Program-made: the position numbers and the translations under genes
The notes under the pieces: model-generated
What the model was told of the DNA's origin: nothing
The model's database searches: none
Seen by the model: only the letters and a program-made list of their open reading frames with translations
Source: a candidate division WOR-3 bacterium
GTDB taxonomy: Bacteria; Hydrothermota; Tepidihabitantia; Tepidihabitantales; Tepidihabitantaceae
Assembly: GCA_037441285.1 (NCBI GenBank)
Contig: JBBISL010000016.1
Span: 1-41,936 of the forward strand
Direction: 5' to 3'
DNA length: 41,936 nt
In this document: positions 1 through 8,256 of the stretch, one piece after another
Numbering within the stretch: position 1 is the stretch's first letter
Layout of the letters: each line of letters starts with the position of its first letter

Positions 1-86
1 CCACCTTTTTGCCGCTCGTGTTCATCCCGGTGCTTTACACCATCTTTGAGACCCGTTCGGAGCGGCGCAAGCGGCAACAGGGATAA
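1..86 (+). CDS. 3' end of a CDS entering the window, probably an AcrB/RND-family transporter
   Basis: Frame from base 3 reads TFLPLVFIPVLYTIFETRSERRKRQQG* (TAA 84-86). It resembles the last TM helix (..PVLY..) and basic tail of RND permeases. Only 27 codons are visible. Confidence 0.5.
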   Translation, partial: TFLPLVFIPVLYTIFETRSERRKRQQG

Positions 87-96
87 ATAGGCAATT

Positions 97-708
97 TCAG
101 GCGCTGGCTTTGAACGCCCGGTTGGCAAGGTTGCAGGCGGTTGCCGGGTCAGCACAACTTGCCCCTTCGTCAAGGTAGGAGTTGAAGTAGCGCAAAGCGT
201 GGTCCAGATGGTCGATTGTTTCCGGGTCAAGGATTTTTAAGAGCGCCTGCAACACGGCAACAACCGAAAATACCAGACCTTCATCGGCAACTTTGATGGG
301 TTCTTCAAACGCCAGGTCCGGTTCACCGCTGCCCGGGGCAACAATCAGCGCGGCGTAAATTGTTTCGCCGTTGGCTATTTTCCCGGACTCAATGAGCGCA
401 ATTTTGTCCTGAGCATCGGCATAGCGAATCAGGTCTGAACCGGGCCAGACCCCTTCGTTGACAATCAAGGTGAGCATCGCCCGGAGCGTGGTTGCCATTT
501 CGTAGCCCCGGGACTCCTGTTTGGGAAAACGGGCAAGGATGTGGCTCAAGTAGTGCAAGGCTAAACGGACATAGTCCGGTTTCTGGGCTTTTACTGGAAA
601 GTCAACTGCGAACTGCCATTTGCCGTCGCTCTGCGGCGCGGCGTCGATTTTTAATCCGGCAATGAGTTTGATTGTTTTACCTTGAGTGAGTCGTTCAAAC
701 AGGTTCAT
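97..708 (-). CDS. Hypothetical protein (203 aa) with a possible internal duplication
   Basis: Its start overlaps the glnS stop by 4 nt (ATGA), which suggests translational coupling. No family recognised. Confidence 0.75.
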   Translation of the reverse strand: MNLFERLTQGKTIKLIAGLKIDAAPQSDGKWQFAVDFPVKAQKPDYVRLALHYLSHILARFPKQESRGYEMATTLRAMLTLIVNEGVWPGSDLIRYADAQDKIALIESGKIANGETIYAALIVAPGSGEPDLAFEEPIKVADEGLVFSVVAVLQALLKILDPETIDHLDHALRYFNSYLDEGASCADPATACNLANRAFKASA

Positions 709-2426
709 TTCTTTTCTCCTGGTTGGCTTTGTTTCAGTTTCTGTTCGATTTTTGCCCAGGTGTCCCGCAAAGTGACGGTGCGGTTGAACACCAGGTGTTC
801 AGGCTTACAATCTTTGAGGTCGGCACAGAAGTAGCCCAATCGCTCAAACTGGAACCGGTCAGCGGGCTGGACATTTTTCAGGGACGGCTCCACCTTGCAG
901 TTGTTAAGGACGACGAGCGAATTGGGGTTGAGGTTTGCCTTCCAGTCCAGACCTTCGGGCACATCGTCCGGGTCCGGTTTTAAGAAGAGCCGGTCATAGA
1001 GCCGGACTTCGGCGTTCAGGGCGTGAGCGGCAGATACCCAGTGCAGGGTCGCCTTGACCTTGCGGGTTTCAGTACCGCTGCGGGTTGTGGGGTCGTACAC
1101 ACAGCGCAACTCCTGAATCCGACCTTCGGCGTCTTTGACCACGCCGACGCATTTGATGATGTAGGCGTAGCGGAGCCGTACTTCCCGTCCCGGCGCAAGC
1201 CGGTAGTACTTTGGGGGCGGCTCTTCCCGGAAGTCGTCCTCTTCAATGTAGATTTCCCGGGAGAAGGGCACGAGTCTGGTACCCGCTGTTGGGTCTTCGG
1301 GGTTGTTGAGCGCCTCGAGTTTTTCAACCTTGCCTTCGGGAAAGTTTTCAATCACCACCTTGAGCGGTTTCAAAACCGCCATCACGCGCGGGGCACGCTT
1401 GTTCAAATCTTCCCGGATGCAGTCTTCAAGCAGTTCAATTGCCACGACGGTGTCCGCCTTGCCCACACCAACCCGGTCACAGAAGTTGCGGATTGACTCC
1501 GGGGTGTAGCCCCGGCGCCGCAAACCGGCGATGGTTGGCAGACGCGGGTCGTCCCAGCCAGACACATAACCCTTTTCCACCAGTTCTAAGAGCCGGCGCT
1601 TGCTCATCACCGTATAGGTGAGGTTGAGCCGGGCAAACTCAACCTGACGGGGGTGATGCACGCCTAACTGGTCAAGGAACCAGTCGTATAATGGTCGGTG
1701 GTCCTCAAACTCAAGGGTGCAGATGGAGTGGGTGATACCTTCAATTGAGTCGGACTGGCCATGTGCCCAGTCATAAGTTGGATAGATGCACCATTTGTCA
1801 CCGGTGCGGTGGTGGGGCACTTTCATAATCCGGTACATCACCGGGTCGCGCAGATTGAGGTTGGGCGAAGCCATATCAATCTTTGCCCGCAGGGTTTTCG
1901 AGCCGTCCGGAAATTCGCCGCGGCGCATCCGCTCAAACAGGTCAAGGTTCTCTTCTACCGAGCGGTTGCGATACGGGCTCTCCTTGCCCGGTTCGGTTAA
2001 AGTGCCCCGATATTCGCGGACCTGTTCCGGGGAAAGGTCGCAGACATACGCCTTGCCCTTTTTGATTAACTCAACCGCCCATTGGTACAACTGTTCAAAG
2101 TAGTCGGAGGCGTAGTAGAGGTGCTCGCCCCATTCAAACCCCAGCCAGCGGACATCTTCAATAATGGAGCGGACAAACTCTTCTTCTTCTTTCTCCGGGT
2201 TGGTGTCGTCAAACCGCAGATGGCACCTGCCGCCGTACTCGCGGGCGATGCCGAAGTTCAAGCAGATGGATTTGGCGTGACCAATGTGGAGATAGCCGTT
2301 GGGCTCGGGTGGAAAGCGGGTGACCACGGGCGGCGAAAATCTGCCGCTCTTTAAATCTTCGTTGATGATGCGCCGGATAAAGTCCGGACCAGATTTTTCT
2401 TCGGCGATTCGGTCTTTCTCTGCCAT
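705..2426 (-). CDS. glnS: Glutaminyl-tRNA synthetase
   Basis: [42 protein letters not shown] motifs. AGGAG SD upstream. Confidence 0.97.
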   Translation of the reverse strand: MAEKDRIAEEKSGPDFIRRIINEDLKSGRFSPPVVTRFPPEPNGYLHIGHAKSICLNFGIAREYGGRCHLRFDDTNPEKEEEEFVRSIIEDVRWLGFEWGEHLYYASDYFEQLYQWAVELIKKGKAYVCDLSPEQVREYRGTLTEPGKESPYRNRSVEENLDLFERMRRGEFPDGSKTLRAKIDMASPNLNLRDPVMYRIMKVPHHRTGDKWCIYPTYDWAHGQSDSIEGITHSICTLEFEDHRPLYDWFLDQLGVHHPRQVEFARLNLTYTVMSKRRLLELVEKGYVSGWDDPRLPTIAGLRRRGYTPESIRNFCDRVGVGKADTVVAIELLEDCIREDLNKRAPRVMAVLKPLKVVIENFPEGKVEKLEALNNPEDPTAGTRLVPFSREIYIEEDDFREEPPPKYYRLAPGREVRLRYAYIIKCVGVVKDAEGRIQELRCVYDPTTRSGTETRKVKATLHWVSAAHALNAEVRLYDRLFLKPDPDDVPEGLDWKANLNPNSLVVLNNCKVEPSLKNVQPADRFQFERLGYFCADLKDCKPEHLVFNRTVTLRDTWAKIEQKLKQSQPGEKK

Positions 2427-2441
2427 AGCAACTCCTGAATG

Positions 2442-4019
2442 TTAAGTTTGTTGCGCCACGGTTAGTGCCCGGCGAATTCGGTTGCGGACCCGGTCTTTGC
2501 CAAGAATCATCACACAGTCGGCAATCGCAAACCCGTAATCCTTTCCGGTCAAGGCGACCCGTAGCGCCTGACTGACCGCCATCGGCTTGGTGTTGGTTGC
2601 CGTGGCGAGCTGGGCAACGAGCGACTCAATTACCGGTTTGGTGAAGTTGAGGTCTTCGGTCAGAGCCGCCTGAAACTCGGCAAGCAGCGCCTTTTGTCCT
2701 TCGGGTGCCACCCAGCGCTGCACCGCCTTCGGGTCCAGAGCCAGTTGCTCATCCGGGATGAAGAAGTATTCGTATTCAAGGATGTCGCCAGCAACCTTGA
2801 TGCGGTCACCTGCGGCTTGGACAATTGCGGCAACCATTTCCCGGATTTCGGGTGCAACCGGCTCCTTTATTAGTCCGGCTTTTATCAGGTAGGGCAAAAC
2901 CAGTTCGGTGCGCACCGGCACCGGCTGCTCCATCATATACCGGACCTGAAATGCAAGAAGTTTCTGCGGGTCAAAACTTGCCGGTGCCCGATTGACCTTT
3001 TCCAGCGAGAACGAGCGGATGAGTTCTTCTTTGGTGAAGTATTCGGTGTGGTCGTCCAGTGCCCAGCCTAAAAGCGCGAGGTAGTTAATAAGCGCCTCGG
3101 GGAGAAACCCGGTCTTCTGATAGAAGTCAACTACCACCGGATTGAACAAATCCGGGCTGGTGGTCAGGTTCAGACGACGGGCAATCGCTTCCGCCCTGGT
3201 CATCAACTCCTTAAACTCGGCACGCTTTAGGTACTCCTTGAGCCGGCGCTTGCTCAACTTGTTTTTACTGCCCGGTTCGGCAACGAAGGGCAGATGGGCA
3301 AAGCGGGGCAACGGATAGCCGAGCGCCTGTAGGATAAACACCTGGCGCGGTGTGTTGGACAGGTGCTCTTCGGCGCGGATGATGTGGCTGATTTTCATCT
3401 CGCCGTCGTCAACTGCGCTGGTCAAATGGTAGAGGAATGTGCCATCCTGACGCTGGACGATGTGGTCCTGTTCCAGGGTGAGGTCAAACTCAACTGGGCC
3501 ACGAATCAGGTCTTCAATTACCATTGTGCCGGATTGGGGCATCTTCAAACGGACAACGGGCTTGCGGCCCTGGGCTTCAAACTTTGCCTTTTGTTCCGCG
3601 GTTTCTGCCATCCAGCGCCGGCTGTAACGGAAGGTTTCCCCGCGCTGGCGTGCCTGCTCCCTTTCCGCCGCGATTTCTTCCGGGCTGGCGTAGTCCAGAT
3701 AGGCGGCACCGCAGGCAAGCAGTTTTTCAACCGCTGCCTGATAGACCGCAGTGCGCTGCGACTGGTAGTATGGTTCATAAGGACCGCCCTTTTTGGGACC
3801 TTCGTCCCAGTCCAGCCCGAGCCAGCGCAAGCCATTAAGGATGGGCTCCAGCATCTCCGCCTGATTGCGCACCTGGTCGGTGTCGTCAATGCGCAGGATG
3901 AACACGCCCTGGTGCTGGCGGGCAAAAAGATAGTTGTAGAGGGCGGTGCGGGCAAGACCGAGGTGCATCGCACCGGTCGGTGAAGGGGCAATACGGACGC
4001 GTACCGGCTCGTTACCCAT
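2442..4019 (-). CDS. gltX: Glutamyl-tRNA synthetase
   Basis: RIAPSPTGAMHLG (HIGH-like), RIDDTD, IIRAEEH, KLSKR, and a C-terminal helical anticodon domain (LRVALTG). Confidence 0.95.
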   Translation of the reverse strand: MGNEPVRVRIAPSPTGAMHLGLARTALYNYLFARQHQGVFILRIDDTDQVRNQAEMLEPILNGLRWLGLDWDEGPKKGGPYEPYYQSQRTAVYQAAVEKLLACGAAYLDYASPEEIAAEREQARQRGETFRYSRRWMAETAEQKAKFEAQGRKPVVRLKMPQSGTMVIEDLIRGPVEFDLTLEQDHIVQRQDGTFLYHLTSAVDDGEMKISHIIRAEEHLSNTPRQVFILQALGYPLPRFAHLPFVAEPGSKNKLSKRRLKEYLKRAEFKELMTRAEAIARRLNLTTSPDLFNPVVVDFYQKTGFLPEALINYLALLGWALDDHTEYFTKEELIRSFSLEKVNRAPASFDPQKLLAFQVRYMMEQPVPVRTELVLPYLIKAGLIKEPVAPEIREMVAAIVQAAGDRIKVAGDILEYEYFFIPDEQLALDPKAVQRWVAPEGQKALLAEFQAALTEDLNFTKPVIESLVAQLATATNTKPMAVSQALRVALTGKDYGFAIADCVMILGKDRVRNRIRRALTVAQQT

Positions 4020-4105
4020 AGTTAAATCTTATTAATTTCCATCAAACCATTTTTCCCCTGCCCACGAGATTTTCCGCGGCGTTGGGCAAGAGGGAGCGTT
4101 GTAAA

Positions 4106-4194
4106 CGGAGAGGAAGGGATTCGAACCCTTGATACGGGGTTAGCCGTATAACCGCTTAGCAAGCGGTTGCCTTCAGCCGCTCGGCCACCTCTCC
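4106..4194 (-). tRNA. tRNA-Ser (anticodon GCT)
   Basis: Reverse complement reads GGAGAGGTGGCCGAGCGGCTGAAGGC-AACCGC TT GCT AA GCGGTT-long variable arm-GGTTCGAATCC-CTCTCCG. G discriminator; CCA not encoded. Confidence 0.95.
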
Positions 4195-4250
4195 AGATTT
4201 GCGGAAAAGTCAGTAGCAGAAAAGCATCCCGGTCGGACATTACTTCTGTC

Positions 4251-4294
4251 CTTCTGCTCTATCCTGCTACCGCGCTTCTGCTCTATCCTTACTA
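4251..4294. repeat. Direct repeat CTTCTGCTCTATCCT x2 (24-nt period) in the tRNA spacer
   Basis: Identical 15-mers at 4251-4265 and 4275-4289. Confidence 0.85.
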
Positions 4295-4381
4295 CGGAGG
4301 GCGCAGGATTCGAACCCGCAAGACCCGTTGAAGGGTCGGCAGATTTCAAGTCTGCTGCCTTACCAGTTAGGCTAGCCCTCC
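4295..4381 (-). tRNA. tRNA-Ser (anticodon TGA)
   Basis: Reverse complement reads GGAGGGCTAGCCTAACTGGTAAGGCA-GCAGA CT TGA AA TCTGC-long variable arm-GGTTCGAATCC-GCCCTCCG. CCA not encoded. Confidence 0.95.
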
Positions 4382-4430
4382 TGGTGTAACTCTTCAGCAA
4401 CTCGAAGAAAACGCCTGACCGCTTCTTATA

Positions 4431-4459
4431 ACTTTAAATAAGATTAAATTAAAAGTCAA
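4431..4459 (-). promoter_or_regulatory. sigma70-like promoter for the tRNA-Ser pair
   Basis: TTGACT-N17-TAAAGT on the minus strand, about 50 nt upstream of tRNA-Ser(TGA). Confidence 0.6.
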
Positions 4460-4572
4460 TGATAACCAGCCTGTCAATCCCGAGCGCACCGTGGCTGATG
4501 ACGATGTACGGGGCAACAGTAGCGATAAAGATATAGCCACAAGACTGCGCTATGCGCAAGGAAAGGGGCGCT

Positions 4573-4596
4573 GAAGACTATCCCAGGAACTGCCCC
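4573..4596 (+). repeat. Dispersed 24-bp repeat, copy 1
   Basis: GAAGACTATCCCAGGAACTGCCCC is 21/24 identical to 41912-41935. Confidence 0.6.
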
Positions 4597-4732
4597 CGGA
4601 CTGTGTACGGTACGATTTTTTGTCACCCTTTGGTGAATTTTCGTATTAATTTAATAGCGGGTAATTGCCTTTCGGTTTAAATGGTGCAAAAGGGCACGGG
4701 TGGTTCGTTGACGAGAAGGTTGTACCGTCCTG

Positions 4733-4761
4733 TTGACATTAAGAGCACGGGATAATATACT
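4733..4761 (+). promoter_or_regulatory. Near-consensus sigma70 promoter, leaderless geometry
   Basis: TTGACA(4733)-N17-TATACT(4756-4761). ATG 4770 lies 8 nt downstream with no SD. Confidence 0.8.
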
Positions 4762-4769
4762 GATAAATT

Positions 4770-5618
4770 ATGGAAGGGCTGATCGGTGTTTTGAAGGATA
4801 CCGCTTTGCGGTCCCAGAAGGCAGCAAAACTGCTTGCCGGTTATTGCCGGTTGATTGCTGAACCGGTGCGCAATGCTTATGAGAGGGAACGGGCGCTGGG
4901 AGCGGTCGAGAAGGTTGTTGAGGGGTTAATTGATGGTGAGGTAAAGGATAAGGTACGGCAGTGGCTGGCAGAGGAGAGGAAGCGGGTTGAAGAGGCAAAG
5001 GAGGAGTTTAAGTTTGAGTTTGGCAGGCAGTTGCTTGCTGGTCTGGAAGGGAGCGGTTTGAGTGTTAAAGGGCAGTTGCCGTTTTTGCGGTGCGGGTTGT
5101 TTTCGGTGCGGGTCGATTTTGCCACAGGTAAAGCAACCGTTTTCTGGGGTCCAGAGATTGAGTTGCTAAAAGGTGGGGTGAAACTGGAGCCGCTGGGATT
5201 GGCAAAACTGTTGCGGAGTTATGATGAGAGTTTGAAGAAGCGGGCGATTAAGGAGCCTGCCGAGTTTGTTGAGCGGCTTTTTACCGCCTATCGCCGGGTC
5301 TGTCTGGCGCGGAATGTTGCGGAAGGGGAGCGGGTTTTTCTGGTGGATTTGCTGGGTGAGATGGTTTTTTTGATGCAGCCCGAGGGGTTCCGGGTGAATC
5401 CGGTGCGGGAACGGTTTGTTGAGTATCCGCGCATCCGGTTCAGTTACGACCTATACCTTTTGAAGCGTTCCGGTGTCCGCACGGTTGGCGGCAAGGGGTT
5501 TCGGCTGTCGGTGGCAAATTTTGACGCTACCGCCGAGAAGGCAAAGGCGCTGTGGGTGCCGGATAATGAAGAGGGCGAGGGCACCTTTTATTCGTATATT
5601 TCTTTTGTCAACGGGTAG
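4770..5618 (+). CDS. Hypothetical protein (282 aa), first gene of the ATPase-helicase operon
   Basis: Long ORF with a charged helical N-terminus. It has its own promoter and ends 22 nt before the next start. Confidence 0.85.
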   Translation: MEGLIGVLKDTALRSQKAAKLLAGYCRLIAEPVRNAYERERALGAVEKVVEGLIDGEVKDKVRQWLAEERKRVEEAKEEFKFEFGRQLLAGLEGSGLSVKGQLPFLRCGLFSVRVDFATGKATVFWGPEIELLKGGVKLEPLGLAKLLRSYDESLKKRAIKEPAEFVERLFTAYRRVCLARNVAEGERVFLVDLLGEMVFLMQPEGFRVNPVRERFVEYPRIRFSYDLYLLKRSGVRTVGGKGFRLSVANFDATAEKAKALWVPDNEEGEGTFYSYISFVNG

Positions 5619-5640
5619 TTTTTAGCACGAGGAGTTGTCA

Positions 5641-6906
5641 ATGGATAAAGAACTGGCAAGGGCAATAATCAATAAATTGGGCTCAACCGGCACGCCGCCC
5701 GAATTCGGGATTGAGGCGTTTACGGTCGGGCTGGACCGGCTGTTGCAGGTGGTGGAGGATGAGTATCTGAACGGGATTTTGAAGTACAATCTGTCCAGTT
5801 TTAAGCTGGTTACCGGGAATTACGGTGGGGGCAAGACGCACTTTCTTTATGCGGTGCGGAACCGGGCGTTTAAGCACAATTACTGTGTGGCGTATGTGAG
5901 TTTGTCACCGGTTGAATGTCCGTTTGATAAACTGGAACTGGTTTATAAGATGGTGGCGCTCAATCTGACCGCACCGCAGGAGACAAGCCGGCTGGCAACA
6001 CTGACCGACAAGGGGATTGATGCGGTGATTCGGCACTGGGCAGCAACCTGGCGCAGTAAGGAGGATAATCCCGAGCGGTTGCAGAAGTATCTATTAGAAT
6101 TGCCGGTAACCGACTCAACCAGTTTCTTTAATGGGGTGAAGGGCGCGTTCAGCGCCCTATTAGCCGAAGATATTGACGGGTTCACCGAAGCGGTGCAGTG
6201 GCTCAAGGGTGAGGAGATTTCCCGTGAGGCACGGGCGCGGTATAAGATTTCCGAGCGCATTGACAAGTCAACCGCATTCCGGATGCTGCGCTCCTTGATT
6301 CAATGGGTGCATACGATTGGGTTTCGGGGGGTGGTTTTGCTGTTTGACGAGGCGGAGCGGGGGATGTCAATTTCTTCGTCAAGGGATCGACGCCGGGCGC
6401 TGGACAACCTGCGGCAGTTAGTTGACGAGTGCGGTAACTCCCGTTTGCCCGGGGCGATGTTTTTCTATGCGGTGCCGGATGAGAACCTGCTTTTGGAGGG
6501 TTCGGGTCCGGTTTACGAAGCATTGAAACAACGGCTGCGCAGCGGTTTTTCCGAGGCAAATCCGGTCGGGGTGCGGATTAATCTGGAAGAGTTAGGCATT
6601 GAGCCGGTACCGTTTCTTGAGGAACTGGGCAGGCGGCTCGTTGCCCTTTTTGAGACCGCCTATGAGACCAAGGTCAGCGGCGTGGAACGGAGTTTGAAAC
6701 TGCTTGCTGAGACTGCGGTCAAGGGGTTTGTGCTTGATGTCAGTTACCGGCGGTTGTTTGTTGTTGCCGCGGTGGAGTTTTTGCACCAGGTACGCGCCAA
6801 TCCGGGGATGGTGTTGACCGAGCGGGATGCGGAGAAACTTTTGCGGGTGACAACTCAGCGGCTGGAGCGGAGCGAGCAGGAGAAGGTTGAGCGTGAGGAG
6901 TTCTAA
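5641..6906 (+). CDS. BrxD/DUF2791-like P-loop ATPase 1
   Basis: GTPP..GIEAFTVG N-terminus, Walker A GNYGGGKT-HFL, WLKGE, GFRGVVLLFDEAE Walker B, NLRQLVD, ALKQRL. SD GAGGAG (5629-5634) favours ATG 5641. Confidence 0.88.
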   Translation: MDKELARAIINKLGSTGTPPEFGIEAFTVGLDRLLQVVEDEYLNGILKYNLSSFKLVTGNYGGGKTHFLYAVRNRAFKHNYCVAYVSLSPVECPFDKLELVYKMVALNLTAPQETSRLATLTDKGIDAVIRHWAATWRSKEDNPERLQKYLLELPVTDSTSFFNGVKGAFSALLAEDIDGFTEAVQWLKGEEISREARARYKISERIDKSTAFRMLRSLIQWVHTIGFRGVVLLFDEAERGMSISSSRDRRRALDNLRQLVDECGNSRLPGAMFFYAVPDENLLLEGSGPVYEALKQRLRSGFSEANPVGVRINLEELGIEPVPFLEELGRRLVALFETAYETKVSGVERSLKLLAETAVKGFVLDVSYRRLFVVAAVEFLHQVRANPGMVLTERDAEKLLRVTTQRLERSEQEKVEREEF

Positions 6907-8230
6907 ACTGGTATCGCATCCGGTCTTCGGGGAAGGCGAGGTTGTTGACAGCCGCTGGCAGGGTAGCGAATTGCTGGTGCGGTTCCAGACCGGTTTGCGG
7001 CTGTGGTTACCAAGGAACCGGGTGCGATTTTTGTTTGAGTTTGACGGCGACTTACTGGAGTCGGCAACCGCGAATGTGGCAACGATTGACCGGGTAAGCG
7101 CCTGTCGGATGATTGAGGCGTTCCGGCTGGGTATTGTGCCCCATCAGGATGTTGAGACCTTTACCTTTGGCCGGGAACGAGAGGTCAAGGTGCTCGAAGG
7201 GGCGCTTCAGAACCTTGTCCGTAATCGGGGAGATGTTTATATGGTGGAGGGTGAATACGGTACGGGCAAGACGCATCTCTTGGAGTACTGCTTGCATCGG
7301 GCACTGCAGCAAGGGATGGCAGCGAGTTTTGTCCAGTTCGACCCGGTAGAAGTTTCGCCGCACCGACCCAAGCGGGTTTACCGGGAACTGGTGCGCAACC
7401 TCCGTTATATCAGGGATGGGATGGAGCACGGCTATCGGGATTTGTTACGGGCGGCAACTCAGTTGAATTTTAGTGACCATATCTTCTTTGGTCCGGTGCT
7501 CAACAAACTGCGAAGGCTCGATGCCGGTTCACCGGAGAATGAGGTTTTCTGGCAGTGGATTGAAGGCGAGAGCACCAAGGAGTATGCGGTCGAAATGCCA
7601 ACCGCTTCGCGGGTGCGGGGTGCGCAGGGGATTCCGGCGCTTTACGACTTTTCTACCGCGGCAGACTTTTACTGTAACATCATAACCGGGATTTCCTGCA
7701 TCGCCCGGGAGTTAGGGCTCAAAGGTCTGGTGCTGTTGATTGATGAGGCGGAAACCGTGACCCGGCTCTGGGATGTAGTCTATCTGACAAAGAGTGTTAA
7801 CTTTATGGACGGTCTGGTGCGCTGCGCCCAGAACGACCCGGATTTGAAGATGATAAATGAACGGCTGATTCACAATCAGGTCCGACCCGTGCCTTACATC
7901 TATCGGGACCCGGCACTTCTGGTTATTTTTGCCACGACACCAACCCCGGGCGAGTACGGCTATATCCGGCTTGCCAATGCGGTGCGGCATCGGATTGCCC
8001 TGACGCCGCTTGAAGACCAGGCGCTTGCGGATGCGTTTGCCACGATGGTGCGGATTTACGAACGTGCCTATCCCGGGTTTAAACTGCCGATTGAAGAACA
8101 GAAACAGCTTTTAGCCAGTGCTGCCCGGCAGAACAGCACCGGGGTGCGGGCGTTTATCAAATTCTGTGTTGAGGCGCTTGACATCGCCCGACTCCGGAAA
8201 CAGGGTGTTCTACCGCAGCTGGTTGCATAG
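6887..8230 (+). CDS. BrxD/DUF2791-like P-loop ATPase 2 with an N-terminal Tudor-like domain
   Basis: IEAFRLGIVP, FTFGRERE, Walker A GEYGTGKT-HLL, GLKGLVLLIDEAE. N-terminus VSHPVFGEGEV...VRF. Overlaps the upstream stop; start is TTG 6887 or GTG 6893. Confidence 0.85.
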   Translation: MSVRSSKLVSHPVFGEGEVVDSRWQGSELLVRFQTGLRLWLPRNRVRFLFEFDGDLLESATANVATIDRVSACRMIEAFRLGIVPHQDVETFTFGREREVKVLEGALQNLVRNRGDVYMVEGEYGTGKTHLLEYCLHRALQQGMAASFVQFDPVEVSPHRPKRVYRELVRNLRYIRDGMEHGYRDLLRAATQLNFSDHIFFGPVLNKLRRLDAGSPENEVFWQWIEGESTKEYAVEMPTASRVRGAQGIPALYDFSTAADFYCNIITGISCIARELGLKGLVLLIDEAETVTRLWDVVYLTKSVNFMDGLVRCAQNDPDLKMINERLIHNQVRPVPYIYRDPALLVIFATTPTPGEYGYIRLANAVRHRIALTPLEDQALADAFATMVRIYERAYPGFKLPIEEQKQLLASAARQNSTGVRAFIKFCVEALDIARLRKQGVLPQLVA

Positions 8231-8256
8231 CAGATGGACCGGCAGCGGTCAGGCAA

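Noticed and set aside
4295..4381. tRNA with TGA as a selenocysteine or suppressor tRNA
   Set aside because: Anticodon 5'-TGA-3' reads UCA (Ser). tRNA-Sec has TCA and a longer acceptor stem.
4644..4737. TATTAATTTAATA palindrome and three GTTG(A/T) direct repeats upstream of the operon promoter
   Set aside because: Too short or AT-rich to call an operator without comparative data.
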